Assembly: GCA_041746255.1 (NCBI GenBank)
Contig: JBGTHM010000072.1
Span: 1-36,661 of the forward strand
DNA length: 36,661 nucleotides
Origin: Fibrobacteria bacterium
GTDB taxonomy: Bacteria; Fibrobacterota; Fibrobacteria; UBA11236
Reading direction: 5' to 3'
The notes beneath the pieces are model-generated. The model ran no database searches, was not told the DNA's origin, and was given only the letters and a program-made list of their open reading frames with translations. The position numbers and the translations under genes are program-made. This document shows, piece after piece, positions 9,206 to 20,442 of the stretch. Position 1 is the first letter of the stretch. The number at the start of each line of letters is the position of its first letter.

Positions 9206-10117
9206 TCAGCGCAACTGGTCCAATTCTTCCTTCGCTTTATTCTTCAAGTCACTGTCCGGATAAAGCGAAATCAATTTCTGGAACTCCTCGGTGGCTCTAC
9301 GCTTATCCCCAAGGCGCAGGTAGCTATACCCAAGCTTGAGTTGGGCATCATCGGCCTTCTCAGTACCCTCGAAAGTGAAAACCGTGCGGAAGCTCGCGAT
9401 GGCCTTGGCGAAATTTCCCATGGCGAAATGGCATTCACCCACCCAATAATGGCTATCGTCCACATAATTCCCTTTCGGAAACTTCTGGATGATTTTCCCG
9501 AACGTATCGATGGACTGCACATATTGGCGGGCATAGTAATGGTCGAAGGCCCGCTTATAGAGATTCGCCTCTTCCGCATTGGAATGCGGCTTCGGGCCGG
9601 TTTTAGGGGGTGTCTGTTTGGGAACTGCGGGTTTTTCTGCTTCCACCGATTTTTCCGGCTGCTGCTGGACCGGATCCGGCTTCACGGCTTCGGCTTTGAC
9701 AACCGGCGCCTCACCGCTTTTAGGTTTGAATGTTGCGACCGGGGTGGGAGGAGCTGCAGGTACCGCCTTTTGTTGGGCCAAAAGTTTCAATTCATTCTTC
9801 AGGCTTTCGACTTGCGCTTGCAAATTTTGCAACTCCGCAGAATGCGTGGGCGCCTGTTGCCCGGGCATCCCATCAAGGCGGGTTTCCACCACATTCACCT
9901 TGGCCTGCAGGGATTGGATGGCCGCCTTGTTTTCATTGGCCAGCTTTAAGGATTCGACGGCATCATCTTTGAGCCGTAAAACATCGATTTCGGGCAGGGT
10001 CGGATCACCGGGATTCGGCCTGGGTTTCGAAGCGCAGCCTATAAAGCCCAGGGAGAGGATAAATACCAGTCCGTAGACACTTACGATTTTGGATGCAATG
10101 GCCGGATTATCTATCAT
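9206..10117 (-). CDS. cpoB: CpoB/YbgF-like Tol-Pal TPR protein, predicted lipoprotein
   Basis: Lipobox-like GFIG|C, coiled-coil N-domain, P/A/K-rich linker, C-terminal TPRs (Y..AF..Y....Y; HYWVGEC; KADDAQLKLG; YPDS). Start uncertain (10117 or 10180). Confidence 0.8.
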   Translation of the reverse strand: MIDNPAIASKIVSVYGLVFILSLGFIGCASKPRPNPGDPTLPEIDVLRLKDDAVESLKLANENKAAIQSLQAKVNVVETRLDGMPGQQAPTHSAELQNLQAQVESLKNELKLLAQQKAVPAAPPTPVATFKPKSGEAPVVKAEAVKPDPVQQQPEKSVEAEKPAVPKQTPPKTGPKPHSNAEEANLYKRAFDHYYARQYVQSIDTFGKIIQKFPKGNYVDDSHYWVGECHFAMGNFAKAIASFRTVFTFEGTEKADDAQLKLGYSYLRLGDKRRATEEFQKLISLYPDSDLKNKAKEELDQLR

Positions 10118-10364
10118 TTGCCTCGTTCTCTGCAACGCCTCCTCCCGGGCAGGTGTTTGCCCGAAGACCACCATTTTCACGGGAGTTCTCCGGAACCCAT
10201 GCCAAATTACAAATTGCGCGTGATTTTTAATAGCTCAGAGCCTAAATCCCCGATTATCTCCGGCATACGGTGAAACACGCAGCTCCCTCACCGGGCGGTT
10301 GGCTTTACTCCAGGAGGTTTGAAAATCGGAGCTTTATCGGACCATGTCCACGATGCGGTCATTT

Positions 10365-10373
10365 TGGTATAGT
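10365..10373 (+). promoter_or_regulatory. Extended -10 promoter element upstream of lptF
   Basis: TGGTATAGT (TGn-TATAGT) about 40 nt upstream of the lptF ATG, in the divergent intergenic region. Confidence 0.45.
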
Positions 10374-10411
10374 CCCGTAGGGAGAAATGCCGTGATAGGG
10401 ATGAATTCGAG

Positions 10412-11836
10412 ATGATTTTGACCCGCTATGTGCTTAAGGAGCATATCGCTCCCTTTTTTTATGCCCTTTTCATCATAACCTTTTTGTTCATGGTGGATTT
10501 TCTGATCCGCATTCTCTCTTCTATCCTCTCCAAGGGTCTGGAGCTGTGGGTGGTACTGGAAATCATCGTTTTGAACATGGCATGGATGTTGGCGCTTTCC
10601 ATACCCATGGCCGTTCTGGTCTCGACCCTCATGGCTTTTGGACGCTTGGCGGCCGATAATGAAATAACCGCCATGAAGGCCACCGGCATTCCACCGCTGA
10701 AAATCCTGTTTCCCGTCATGATCGTGGGAATGCTGCTTACCGGATTTCTCATTTATTTCAATAATTACATCCTGCCCGAAGCGAATCACCGCGCCGCCTC
10801 GCTCCGTACCGACATCGGCCGGAAAAAACCCACGGCCCTGATCTCTCCCCGTACCCTCATCAAGGATTTCGAGAATTATCAGTTGTGGATAGACCGTCTC
10901 AACCCGGAAAGCGGTCTCATGCGCGGAGTGCAGATTTATACCCTTGAGAACGGAAAGCCGCTCAAGTATACCTTCGCGGATTCGGCTACCATGGAATATG
11001 CCCGGGACGGCAAGGTTTTACTTGTGCATCTGCATCAAGGCGAAAACCATGTGCTGGACCATCAAAACCGCGACCAGTACGTACGTATCCGTTTTCGCAG
11101 TCAAACCGTCTCCATCGATAATGTCGACGCCGCGCTGGAACGGCATGAGAGAAGTTACCGATCCGATAGGGAAATGTCCATCCAGGATATGCATCGGATA
11201 GTCCAAGGAAGTCGGGCGCGATCGGAGGAATTGCGCAAAGAGTACTCAGCAAAAATTTTCGACGAAATGGGTATGCTCTCCACGGTGCTGGAGGCGGACA
11301 GTATCAGGGAAGTTCCACCGCGTCTGGTTCAGTTAAAGTGGTGGGAAAGCAATCCCATACCCTCTCCCACATTGGCCTTGGCGGTCAAACAGGAGAAGGA
11401 TAAGCTGTATCTCATTGAGCGCTTTGAAAGACGGATCGAAAATGAGAATCTCGAAATCGCGAAATTCATGGTGGAAATCCATAAAAAGTTTTCCATTCCC
11501 TTCGCCTGCCTCATCTTCATCATGATTGGGGCTCCCTTGGGCGTCATGGCCAGGCGTGGCGGTATCGGCACCGGTTCCGTATACAGCCTTATCGTCTTCG
11601 TCATCTATTGGATGGGCTTAATCCGCGGCGAGGTTCTCGCGGACGGTCTAACCCTCAAACCTTGGGTGGCCATGTGGGGCCCCAATCTGTTGGTGGGCTG
11701 TATCGGTATTTTCTTGTTGTGGCGTATGACCCGGGAAAACTATCTGGCCCCCGGCATTCCCATTCCCTGGCTGAGGAAACGACTCGCTAGCCGCAAAGCG
11801 AATGACCCGTCCCAATCGACATCGGCGGCCTCGTGA
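10412..11836 (+). CDS. lptF: LPS export ABC transporter permease LptF
   Basis: ILTRYVLKE, LSIPMAVL...L.AFGRLAADNEITAMKATGI, periplasmic beta-jellyroll region, EIHKKFSIPFAC, WGPN. Confidence 0.9.
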   Translation: MILTRYVLKEHIAPFFYALFIITFLFMVDFLIRILSSILSKGLELWVVLEIIVLNMAWMLALSIPMAVLVSTLMAFGRLAADNEITAMKATGIPPLKILFPVMIVGMLLTGFLIYFNNYILPEANHRAASLRTDIGRKKPTALISPRTLIKDFENYQLWIDRLNPESGLMRGVQIYTLENGKPLKYTFADSATMEYARDGKVLLVHLHQGENHVLDHQNRDQYVRIRFRSQTVSIDNVDAALERHERSYRSDREMSIQDMHRIVQGSRARSEELRKEYSAKIFDEMGMLSTVLEADSIREVPPRLVQLKWWESNPIPSPTLALAVKQEKDKLYLIERFERRIENENLEIAKFMVEIHKKFSIPFACLIFIMIGAPLGVMARRGGIGTGSVYSLIVFVIYWMGLIRGEVLADGLTLKPWVAMWGPNLLVGCIGIFLLWRMTRENYLAPGIPIPWLRKRLASRKANDPSQSTSAAS

Positions 11837-12906
11837 AGATTTACCTGCGCTACATCAGCCGGCGCTTTCTTGGCCTTTTCTCCCTGTGCCTGTTTTCCAT
11901 CTCTACGGTATTCGTAATCATCGACGGCGTGGGCAACAGTAAAATCTGGATCGACCGCAAGCCGGTGGAAATGTACACCTATTATCTCAATTATATTCCC
12001 AACATCATTTACCTCATTTGTCCCGTCGCGCTGTTGCTGGCGGCGGTGTTTTCCGTGGGATCGTTGGCCAAGCATCTGGAGTTGACCGCGTTGAAATCTT
12101 CCGGAATTTCCACGGGAAGAGCTTTGTTCCCCTTGCTGGTTTTCGGGGCCTTAATCAGTGTGGCCATGTTCATCATGGGTGAAACCGTGATGCCGGATGC
12201 GAATCATGCCCGCTTCGCGATTAACGAGCCCAAATCCCCCGAGTCCAAGGAAAGCGGAGACCCGCTCGAGCGCTTCAACTATATCTATACCAGTTCCGAT
12301 CGGGATATCTATTACTTCGAATACTATTCGGGCCGCCGCCAATCGGGGCAAGGGGTGACGGTTTTGGTTCACCGCGAAGGAAAATTACACCAGCGCATAG
12401 ACGCAGCCAGTCTGGACTGGGCGGGAGGCTGGAATTTAAAGGACGGCGCCGTGCGAACCTTTTCCGATTCGGGTCTGGTAACGGAAAAATTTACGGAGTA
12501 TCCGCTTATCACCTTTCGGGACCAGCCCCATGAGCTTTTGGACACACGAGTCCATCCCGAGGAAATGGACTTGAAGGAAATCGCCCGGCGAATCGCCATT
12601 TTGGAACGTACGGGTGAACAAACCAGTTTTTTATCCACGCAATGGCATTTCCGCTTTTCCGCTGCGTTGGTTAACTTTTTGATGGTGCTCATCGGCGTTT
12701 CCATGTCAGCGAATGCAATTAAAACCGGCTTGGCCCGGAATTTCGGAATTGCCTTAATGATTACGTTTCTCTACTACGTCGTCCTCAGACTCGGGCTGAT
12801 TCTGGGCGAGAACGCCACCGTGCCTCCCGCTCTGGGCGCTTGGATGGGAAATATCCTTTTCGCCCCACTGGGGCTGCTGCTTTACTGGAGGGCCGCTCGA
12901 TCGTGA
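11833..12906 (+). CDS. lptG: LPS export ABC transporter permease LptG
   Basis: IYLRYI, PVALLLA, ELTALKSSGIS, LGAWMGNILF. GTGA overlap with lptF. Confidence 0.9.
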   Translation: MKIYLRYISRRFLGLFSLCLFSISTVFVIIDGVGNSKIWIDRKPVEMYTYYLNYIPNIIYLICPVALLLAAVFSVGSLAKHLELTALKSSGISTGRALFPLLVFGALISVAMFIMGETVMPDANHARFAINEPKSPESKESGDPLERFNYIYTSSDRDIYYFEYYSGRRQSGQGVTVLVHREGKLHQRIDAASLDWAGGWNLKDGAVRTFSDSGLVTEKFTEYPLITFRDQPHELLDTRVHPEEMDLKEIARRIAILERTGEQTSFLSTQWHFRFSAALVNFLMVLIGVSMSANAIKTGLARNFGIALMITFLYYVVLRLGLILGENATVPPALGAWMGNILFAPLGLLLYWRAARS

Positions 12907-14642
12907 TTCCCATCCTGTTTGTGGGCGCCGGACTCCTACTGGGCGCATCCATGGGACCCTGGAACGGTTATTACACCTTTTCCGCCGGGGTATTGCTGCT
13001 GGGCACGGCGATTTTTGCGCGTAGCAGAAAGGGTGCGCCGGCCGCTACGATTCACGAGGAACCCGTTAAATACCAAACCCGTTTTTTCCGCTCGGGAGAA
13101 TTGCAACAGGAATCCTCCCCAACCCAGGATAACACGGGAGCTATTGTTAGACGCAGCGAGCTCGAAGCGATGGAAGAGCAACTGGACGACGCCTTGCTAG
13201 ACCTGTTGGCCATTCTCAAGGAGGGTTTGGGCGGCGTACATACGGCTGGATTGTTCCTCCCGGCGCGCAAGGGTGGGTTTTATTTGCGAGTGTGGATGAC
13301 GGATGCCGCTTCCATTCTGCCGGGCGCCTCCATCGAACCCGGGCAAGGCTTGATAGGACAAGTGGTAAAACCCGAGGGCAAGCGAATCCTGGAGGGGGAT
13401 ATCGTAACGGATTCCCGCCGTTTGCACTATTACTCCGATAACGAAGGCGTAAAATCCGTAGCTGCCGTGCCCATCACGGTCAAGGGGCTGTGCCGAGGAG
13501 TAGTGCTGGTGGATAGCCTGAAGGAAAACGCTTATGACGGTGCGGTCATTGAAAAATTGGAAACCTGTGCCCGCATAGCCGGTGGACTGCTTTATTACGC
13601 CTACCTCTCCTTCGAACAGAATTACCGCAACAATCAATTGATGGCCCTCAACGATTATCAGCGCAAATTTTTGGAAAACATGTCCGAAGAGAACATCCTT
13701 ATCCATGTGCGCGATTATATGGAGAAAACCCTGGAGGGAAACCGCTTCACTATCGTTTCGCGAAACCCGGAGAACCCGCACACGGCCAACGTGGTCAGTT
13801 GCAGTGGTAACGGATCTGAAGGTTTTCAAAATTTCGAATTCGAATTGGCGGAAAAGGGCTTACTATCGCTGGTATTCGAAAAAGAGCAAGTTCTCAATCG
13901 CGTCTTCCCGTCCGAATCGCCTTATATCGCACGCATGAGTCCACGTGAGCCGGCGGGAGAAGAGTTCCATTCCCTGCTGGCCGTACCGGTGCAAACCGAC
14001 GAAGGCGTACAAACCGCCCTTATGGTGGAATCGACCCGTGCCCGCGATTACAGCGAACATCAAATGCGCCTGTTGCTCACCATCGCCCGGGCCGCAGGGT
14101 TCGCCTTGTCACGCGCGCGTCTCTACCAGGAGAAGGCGCGGCTAGCTTCCCACGACGGCCTGACCGGATTGCAGAATCATCGCGCCTTCCAGGAACAATT
14201 CGACAGCGAATTGATGCGGGCTCAGCGCTATAATTACAACCTCGCGGTCCTCATGGTCGACATAGATTTTTTCAAGAAGGTCAATGATGAGTATGGGCAT
14301 CCGGTAGGGGACAAGGTGCTCAAAGAGGTGGCATTGCTCCTGTCGCAGGCAGTGCGCGCCGGAAGCGACCTGGTGGCGCGTTACGGTGGGGAGGAGTTCA
14401 TCATTGCCTTGATAGAATCGGATCGGAATTCCTCCTGGGAAACCGCCGAGCGCATCCGTGAAAGCGTGGCGGCCAAGTCCTTCGAAGCCGGTCCAGGCCG
14501 GAATTTTTCGGTAACCCTCAGCATCGGCGCGGCTTTGTACCCCGAAGATTCGCGCAAGGGCGCCGACTTATTGATCAAAGCGGACAAAGCCTTATACGGC
14601 GCCAAAGAATCGGGAAGAAACCGCACGCTGTTTTATAATTAA
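12903..14642 (+). CDS. Membrane-anchored GAF-GAF-GGDEF diguanylate cyclase
   Basis: Two N-terminal hydrophobic segments, two GAF-like domains, DGLTGL.N, DIDFFKKVNDEYGH..GD, ARYGGEEF, ADKALY.AK..GRN. GTG 12903 overlaps the lptG stop. Confidence 0.92.
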   Translation: MIPILFVGAGLLLGASMGPWNGYYTFSAGVLLLGTAIFARSRKGAPAATIHEEPVKYQTRFFRSGELQQESSPTQDNTGAIVRRSELEAMEEQLDDALLDLLAILKEGLGGVHTAGLFLPARKGGFYLRVWMTDAASILPGASIEPGQGLIGQVVKPEGKRILEGDIVTDSRRLHYYSDNEGVKSVAAVPITVKGLCRGVVLVDSLKENAYDGAVIEKLETCARIAGGLLYYAYLSFEQNYRNNQLMALNDYQRKFLENMSEENILIHVRDYMEKTLEGNRFTIVSRNPENPHTANVVSCSGNGSEGFQNFEFELAEKGLLSLVFEKEQVLNRVFPSESPYIARMSPREPAGEEFHSLLAVPVQTDEGVQTALMVESTRARDYSEHQMRLLLTIARAAGFALSRARLYQEKARLASHDGLTGLQNHRAFQEQFDSELMRAQRYNYNLAVLMVDIDFFKKVNDEYGHPVGDKVLKEVALLLSQAVRAGSDLVARYGGEEFIIALIESDRNSSWETAERIRESVAAKSFEAGPGRNFSVTLSIGAALYPEDSRKGADLLIKADKALYGAKESGRNRTLFYN

Positions 14643-14696
14643 GCGATTTTATTCCATCGGCATCGGAGACGTTGGAGTAGGGAAAGGAAACGCGGC

Positions 14697-16196
14697 ATGT
14701 TTACCCTATGGGATTGGTCGGTTGTGGGAATTTATTTCGCCGCCATGGCCTGGATAGGCTGGTTTTTCTCCCGCAGGAACCACAATATTTCCGACTTCAT
14801 GTTCGGTGGAGGCCACATGCCGTGGCTGGCCGTAGGCATTTCCCTTATCGCGACTTCGGTCAGCGCCACCACCTTTCTCGGAAATCCGGCCGATACCTTC
14901 GGCCGCGACATGTCATTATTAATGCTCAATTTTGGGTCGGTTTTTGCCATCATCATCATCGGCTGGGTATTCATCCCCCGTTTCAAAAATGCCGGTATCC
15001 GTTCCGCCTACGAACTTCTTGAAGTGCGTTTTTCCCGACCGGTGCGAATTCTGGCGGCCTCCTTCTATTGCATGCACTTGGTGCTGCGATCCGGAATCCT
15101 TATCTATGGCCCTGCCCTGGTATTGCAAAAAATGACGGGTGCTCCTTTACCGCTTTCCATCTGCCTTATGTCCCTGATGGCCATGGCGTATACCTATTAC
15201 GGAGGCATCAAGGCCGTGACCTGGACGGACGTGGTGCAATTCCTCATCTTTTTCACCAGTGGAATCCTAGCCTTGGGAGTGATTGTGAACGCGGTCGGCT
15301 CCTTTTCGGAAACCTGGGAATTGGCCGCCCAGGCGGGTAAGACCCGCTGGTTCGACTGGGATTTTGACCCCAAGGAAGCCCGGAATTTCTGGTCCGCCGG
15401 AATCGCCTATATCGTTTTTGAAACCGCCATCCGGGGCTGTGATCAACAATTCGTACAGCGTTACCTTTCTTGCAAAAACATTAAAGAAGCCAATTATTCA
15501 TCCATAAGCTCGGTGTTTCTGGGCGTTTGCGTTGGGTTGCTGTTTTTCACCTTGGGAGCATTTCTTTTCGTCTATTATCGGGTACGCATGGTGGAAATGC
15601 TTCCGGCGGGCATGAATGTCAACGAGGTTTTCCCCCATTTCATCCTGCACGCCATGCCAATTGGATTCAAGGGATTGCTGGTCGCAGCGATCCTAGCCGC
15701 CGCCATGAGTTCGATTAGTTCAGCTTATGCCGCGCTTTCGAATACCACGGTGGTGGATTTTCTTCACAAAGCCTCTACCTTGGGAGAAGCGTCGCATTTA
15801 CGCCAGGCGCGCAAATGGGTATTGATATGGGGGCTTATCGCCACTCTCGCGGCGTTCTTATCCATGTTGGGAAATGTCTCCCTTCTGACCAAGGCGCTTT
15901 TCTTTACCTCTCTGTTTATCGGTCCCTTATTGGGCCTTTTTCTCCTTGCCTTCTACCGCCCAACTACAAAACCCGTCGCGGTTTTCGTCGGAGCCCTGTG
16001 CGGTATGCTTTCCCTGTTGCCTTTTTCCAATATTCCCATCTTGCCGCCTGGAGTCTGGACTCCCATATATGCATTATCCTGGCCCTGGAACCCCCTGGTT
16101 TCTCTTACCGCCACGCTGGCTTTGGCCTGCACGCTGGATTGGTTAATCCCTCAGAAACCGGAAAGGACAAATGATGTTGCATCCTCCCGACGATAA
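14697..16196 (+). CDS. Sodium:solute symporter (SSS/SLC5 family)
   Basis: About 13 TM segments, SLIATSVSATTFLG.P, SAYELLE.RF, YTYYGGIKAVTWTDVVQ, DQQFVQRYL, AAAMSS. Confidence 0.93.
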   Translation: MFTLWDWSVVGIYFAAMAWIGWFFSRRNHNISDFMFGGGHMPWLAVGISLIATSVSATTFLGNPADTFGRDMSLLMLNFGSVFAIIIIGWVFIPRFKNAGIRSAYELLEVRFSRPVRILAASFYCMHLVLRSGILIYGPALVLQKMTGAPLPLSICLMSLMAMAYTYYGGIKAVTWTDVVQFLIFFTSGILALGVIVNAVGSFSETWELAAQAGKTRWFDWDFDPKEARNFWSAGIAYIVFETAIRGCDQQFVQRYLSCKNIKEANYSSISSVFLGVCVGLLFFTLGAFLFVYYRVRMVEMLPAGMNVNEVFPHFILHAMPIGFKGLLVAAILAAAMSSISSAYAALSNTTVVDFLHKASTLGEASHLRQARKWVLIWGLIATLAAFLSMLGNVSLLTKALFFTSLFIGPLLGLFLLAFYRPTTKPVAVFVGALCGMLSLLPFSNIPILPPGVWTPIYALSWPWNPLVSLTATLALACTLDWLIPQKPERTNDVASSRR

Positions 16197-16653
16197 TTTT
16201 TTCATGCAACAGGCCTTACGCGAGGCGCAAAACGCCTTTCAGGCGAACGAAGTTCCCATAGGCTGCGTCATCGTACGGGAAGGCAAGGTAATCGGCAGGG
16301 GATCCAACCGTATGGAAACATTGAAAGACCCCACCGCCCATGCCGAAATCCTGGCGATTGGAGCAGCCTGCAATTCCGTGGAAAATTGGAGATTGGACGG
16401 CTGTACCTTGTATTGTACCTTGGAACCCTGTCCCATGTGCGCAGGAGCCATCCTGAACGGCCGTATTTCCCGGGTGGTATACGGAGCAAAAGATAAACGC
16501 CTCGGTGCCTTGGGGTCGGTTTGTAATTTGCTTAACCCCAATGCCTTAGGCCGACAGATTGAAACCGTGGGAGAGGTGCTTTCCGAAGAATGCCTGTCTA
16601 TCATTCAAGCATTCTTCCACGAAGTGCGGGCGAAAAAGAAAAATAATTTTTAG
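16171..16653 (+). CDS. tadA: tRNA adenosine(34) deaminase
   Basis: EVPIGCVIV, DPTAHAE, TLEPCPMCAGAI (HxE...PCxxC zinc motif), FF..VR. Confidence 0.95.
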   Translation: MMLHPPDDNFFMQQALREAQNAFQANEVPIGCVIVREGKVIGRGSNRMETLKDPTAHAEILAIGAACNSVENWRLDGCTLYCTLEPCPMCAGAILNGRISRVVYGAKDKRLGALGSVCNLLNPNALGRQIETVGEVLSEECLSIIQAFFHEVRAKKKNNF

Positions 16654-16676
16654 CGTTTTTGTAAGAAGTACGCTGA

Positions 16677-16704
16677 AAGAAGAAACTATATTCTTCTTGT
16701 TTTT
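16677..16704 (+). terminator. AT-rich perfect inverted repeat after tadA (weak terminator or operator)
   Basis: AAGAAGAA-ACTATA-TTCTTCTT (16677-16698) followed by GTTTTT. Confidence 0.35.
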
Positions 16705-16748
16705 CCAGGTATTCTATTTCCACCCATGAATACGGAAGCTCCGCACCC

Positions 16749-19700
16749 ATGTCCATAGAATATTTGCGCATCGCCGTAATCGATGATATTCCTGAAGACA
16801 GGCGACTCATCATCGATTTTTTGCAAACAACCGACTCACATACGGTCTTTTTCGAGGGTGCCTCCGTTGAACATGCGCTTGCCTTGCGTATATTACCCGA
16901 TGGACGGCCACCCGATGCCATGATTCTTGATTTTCACCTGGTGGGCGGAACGGGGCTTGAAGTACTACGCGAATTGGCGCTTGAAACGGGAACGCTTCCT
17001 TTCCCGGTAATTTTGATTACAGCTGACAGCGAAAAAAATCCCGATTCGGCGCTAAAAATGGGCGCGCACGATTTCATCCGGAAATCTGAATTGACTCCCG
17101 CCGTTTTGGGTCGTGTACTTCGCAATTCCGTGACCCGGTTTAGACTTGAAGAGGATGCCAGGAGAAACGACCTCCGTTTACGCTCGGTTTTATCGGATGC
17201 GCCCATCCCCATCATGGTACATGCGGCCGACGGACGGGTGATCGAATTAAGCCAGACTTTCACCGCCATCACAGGATATACGCGAGAGGATATCCCCACG
17301 CATCGAGACTGGATGGAAAAGGCTTTCGGCATTGAATCCCAATCGGTTACCCAGCGGTCGCTAGACGGAAACATACCGGCTCTGGGAACGAATTATCGGC
17401 GGGAAACGACGATTCGCACCAAATTCGGAGCAGAACGTTGTTGGCTGTATTTTGAATCCAATCCTCGCGCGCTTTCCGATGGATCCGATACCCTGATTAG
17501 CATGGCATTGGATATAACTGATCGGAGAGAAGCAGAACATAATTTACGAAACCGGGTGCAAAGCCTGGAACTTTTGAACGCTCTTAGTAACGATGTCGCT
17601 CGCGCCAAGGCGCTCCCGGAAATCTATGAAGCGGCTATGCGTGTAGTTACCGAAGCCGCCGGTGCGGACAGAGCGGCACTGCTGCTGTTCGACTCCTCCG
17701 GAGTGATGCGGTTCGAAGCTTCCAAAGGATTATCCGAAAATTACCTCCGTACCATCGAAGGGCATAGTCCCTGGAACCTGGATCAACAAAGGGCACGGCC
17801 GATTCTCATTGAAGATATTTTCCAAGACGCCTCCATGAATGATTTTCAGGCTGTATTCGCTGAAGAAGGTATCCGCGCTTTGGCATTCATTCCCTTGATC
17901 TATGAAGACCGGTTATTGGGAAAATTCATGCTCTATTTCAACACTCCCCATCGGATCTCCGAAGAAGCGCTGAAACTCGTCCAAACCGCAGCGAACCAGG
18001 TGGCGGTAGCCATAGAAAGAAAGCTCTCCGAACAGGCGCTCAAACGCAGCGAAGCCCGCTATCGTGATTTGGTTGAGTCGCTAGACGGTGTGGTTTTCGA
18101 GAAAAACCTGCATAACCCTGCATTCACTTTTTTGAGTCCGAGGGTTGAGACAATCTTGGGATACCCCTCTTCCACTCTCCGTGAAAGCCCGGAGCTATGG
18201 TTCAACCGGCTAGTCTATGTGGAAGACCGGAACAAACTCGAGAATCTTTACCAGCGCTGCTCGGAAAATCTTTTCGGGTATGAAGTCGAGTTTCGGGTGT
18301 TCCACAACAAAGGTCACATGCTCTGGCTTCGTGAAATCGGATCACCGGTTTTGGATGAGGAAGGATGCTTCGCTGGTTTTCGCGGAATAATGCTGGATAT
18401 CACCCGCCATAAGGAAGCCCAGGAATCCCTTAAGCAAAGCGAAGAGCGCCTGCGTCAGGTCGTCCTGGGTTCGCCGAATCCCATGGTCGTTTACGCGGAG
18501 GATGGAGAAATACTCCATATGAGCCGAACTTGGAGCGGGTTTACCGGATACCATTTACACGAGATGCCCACAAAACAAGCTTGGTTGCAATTAGGCTTTG
18601 GTGACCGCTGGGCCCATCGCTGGGATTCCATACAAAAGGCTTTCGCAAATACGGTAGATAGCGAAGGCAAGGAAGAAGAAATTCAAACCCGGTCGGGGGA
18701 AATCCGGAATTGGGTGATTTCCGAGGTTCCCTTGGGCAAACTTCCCGATGGAAGGCGTATTCGCGCGTCGGCCGCCATGGACATCACGGAGCGTAAAAAA
18801 TATGAGGCCAAACTCGAATCCATTTTGTACCGGCTTCAGGAAACCCATGCCTTGCTCGATACTTTGTTTGAAAACGCGCCCGTGGGTTTGGGGTTTTGGG
18901 ATTCACAAGTACGTTTCGCAAGAGTCAATCAGGCGCTCTCCGAAATAACGGGTTTGCCGGCCACGTCTCACTTGGGCAGAACCGTAGCCGAATTGTTTCC
19001 CAATCTCGATTCACAAATCCACAGCAACCTGCAAAGGGTGCTGGAAACGGGATCGGCCATTGTCGCTCGCGAAGTTTTGGGCGAAACGCCGGCTGCACCC
19101 GGATTGATGCGCTATTTTCTCATGAGTTTTTATCCCGTCCGCCTGAAAGGCCGAATCGCCGGAGTCGGTGCGGTATGCGAGGACATCACCGAGCGCCGGG
19201 GGACGGAAATCGCCCTTCAGGAAAGCGAGGAAAAACTTAGGCACTCCCAGAAAATGGAAGCCATCGGACGCCTGGCCGGAGGTGTCGCCCACGATTTCAA
19301 CAACCTCTTGACGGCCATTAACGGTTATAGCGAACTCGGTCTGGCATTGATTGAAAAAAACCATCCGGTACGGGAAAATTTGGAGGAAATCCACCGGGCT
19401 GGCGAAAGAGCGGCTTCGCTCACAAGGCAATTGCTGGCCTATAGCCGGAAACAGCTGTTGACTCCCCGGATTCTCGATCTCAACCTCGTGCTATCCGGGA
19501 TGGAAGGTATGCTGCGTCGGTTAATAGGCGAACACCTTAACCTCCAAATGCATCTATCTCCCCATTTAGGATCGGTTAAGGCCGATCCCGCCCAAATCGA
19601 ACAGATTGTGCTTAATTTGGCCATCAATGCCCGCGATGCCATGCCCATGGGTGGTGAACTTCACATTGAAACCGCGGAAGCGGATTTGGATGAGGTTTAC

Positions 19701-20405
19701 AGCCACTATCTGCTCGCAGTACAACCCGGCAAGCATGCCAGAATAAGCGTATCCGATACGGGTATGGGAATGAGTCCGGAGGTAAGGCAACGCATTTTCG
19801 ATCCCTTTTTCACCACCAAAGAGCAGGGGAAAGGAACCGGCTTGGGACTCTCGAGCGTCTACGGGAGCGTAGAACAAAGTGGAGGGAATATCTCGGTGGA
19901 GAGCCGGGAGGGTGAGGGCACACGCTTCGATATTTTTTTCCCCATAGCGGAACCCGAAGAAAATTTGGGTCGGTCAACCGCTTTCTTACCACTCTCGTTT
20001 TTTCAATCCGGCCAGGGAAAAATTCTGCTCGTCGAAGACGAAGATGCCGTCCGAAGTTTTATCCTCAAGGTTTTGGAACTCAAAGGCTATACCGTTATCC
20101 AGGCATCCAATGCCGGTCACGCCCTCGAAATAGCCGGGGGAAAGCCAATCGATTTACTTTTAACTGACGTTGTCATGCCCGGCATGAATGTCCCGACTTT
20201 GGCAAAAAGGTTGTTGATGGACAGGCCGGGGCTAAAGGTTATTTACATGTCCGGTTACACCAGCGACATCACCCTTACCCACGGACTTCATGCGGACGAG
20301 GCTGAATTCCTGCAAAAACCCTTCAATCAGTCGCAATTATTGCAAAAAGTGCAGGCGGTGTTGCTTGACGCGGTGGATAAACCTGAGGTAAGGAACCTAA
20401 ACTAG
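16749..20405 (+). CDS. Cytoplasmic hybrid sensor histidine kinase: REC-PAS-GAF-PAS-PAS-PAS-HisKA-HATPase-REC
   Basis: N-terminal receiver (IAVIDD, ILD, ITA, FIRK), PAS/PAC ends DITDRR, DITRHK, DITERK and DITERR, H-box [39 protein letters not shown]-terminal receiver (LVEDE, TDVVMP, MSGY, QKPF). Confidence 0.95.
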   Translation: MSIEYLRIAVIDDIPEDRRLIIDFLQTTDSHTVFFEGASVEHALALRILPDGRPPDAMILDFHLVGGTGLEVLRELALETGTLPFPVILITADSEKNPDSALKMGAHDFIRKSELTPAVLGRVLRNSVTRFRLEEDARRNDLRLRSVLSDAPIPIMVHAADGRVIELSQTFTAITGYTREDIPTHRDWMEKAFGIESQSVTQRSLDGNIPALGTNYRRETTIRTKFGAERCWLYFESNPRALSDGSDTLISMALDITDRREAEHNLRNRVQSLELLNALSNDVARAKALPEIYEAAMRVVTEAAGADRAALLLFDSSGVMRFEASKGLSENYLRTIEGHSPWNLDQQRARPILIEDIFQDASMNDFQAVFAEEGIRALAFIPLIYEDRLLGKFMLYFNTPHRISEEALKLVQTAANQVAVAIERKLSEQALKRSEARYRDLVESLDGVVFEKNLHNPAFTFLSPRVETILGYPSSTLRESPELWFNRLVYVEDRNKLENLYQRCSENLFGYEVEFRVFHNKGHMLWLREIGSPVLDEEGCFAGFRGIMLDITRHKEAQESLKQSEERLRQVVLGSPNPMVVYAEDGEILHMSRTWSGFTGYHLHEMPTKQAWLQLGFGDRWAHRWDSIQKAFANTVDSEGKEEEIQTRSGEIRNWVISEVPLGKLPDGRRIRASAAMDITERKKYEAKLESILYRLQETHALLDTLFENAPVGLGFWDSQVRFARVNQALSEITGLPATSHLGRTVAELFPNLDSQIHSNLQRVLETGSAIVAREVLGETPAAPGLMRYFLMSFYPVRLKGRIAGVGAVCEDITERRGTEIALQESEEKLRHSQKMEAIGRLAGGVAHDFNNLLTAINGYSELGLALIEKNHPVRENLEEIHRAGERAASLTRQLLAYSRKQLLTPRILDLNLVLSGMEGMLRRLIGEHLNLQMHLSPHLGSVKADPAQIEQIVLNLAINARDAMPMGGELHIETAEADLDEVYSHYLLAVQPGKHARISVSDTGMGMSPEVRQRIFDPFFTTKEQGKGTGLGLSSVYGSVEQSGGNISVESREGEGTRFDIFFPIAEPEENLGRSTAFLPLSFFQSGQGKILLVEDEDAVRSFILKVLELKGYTVIQASNAGHALEIAGGKPIDLLLTDVVMPGMNVPTLAKRLLMDRPGLKVIYMSGYTSDITLTHGLHADEAEFLQKPFNQSQLLQKVQAVLLDAVDKPEVRNLN

Positions 20406-20407
20406 GT

Positions 20408-20436
20408 TTGAGTGCCAGGAGTCCGATTGTTATATT
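20408..20436 (+). promoter_or_regulatory. Sigma70 promoter of the SRP RNA
   Basis: TTGAGT (20408-20413), 17 nt, TATATT (20431-20436) with an extended TG. The predicted start near 20443 matches the 5' end of the RNA hairpin. Confidence 0.75.
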
Positions 20437-20442
20437 AAACAA

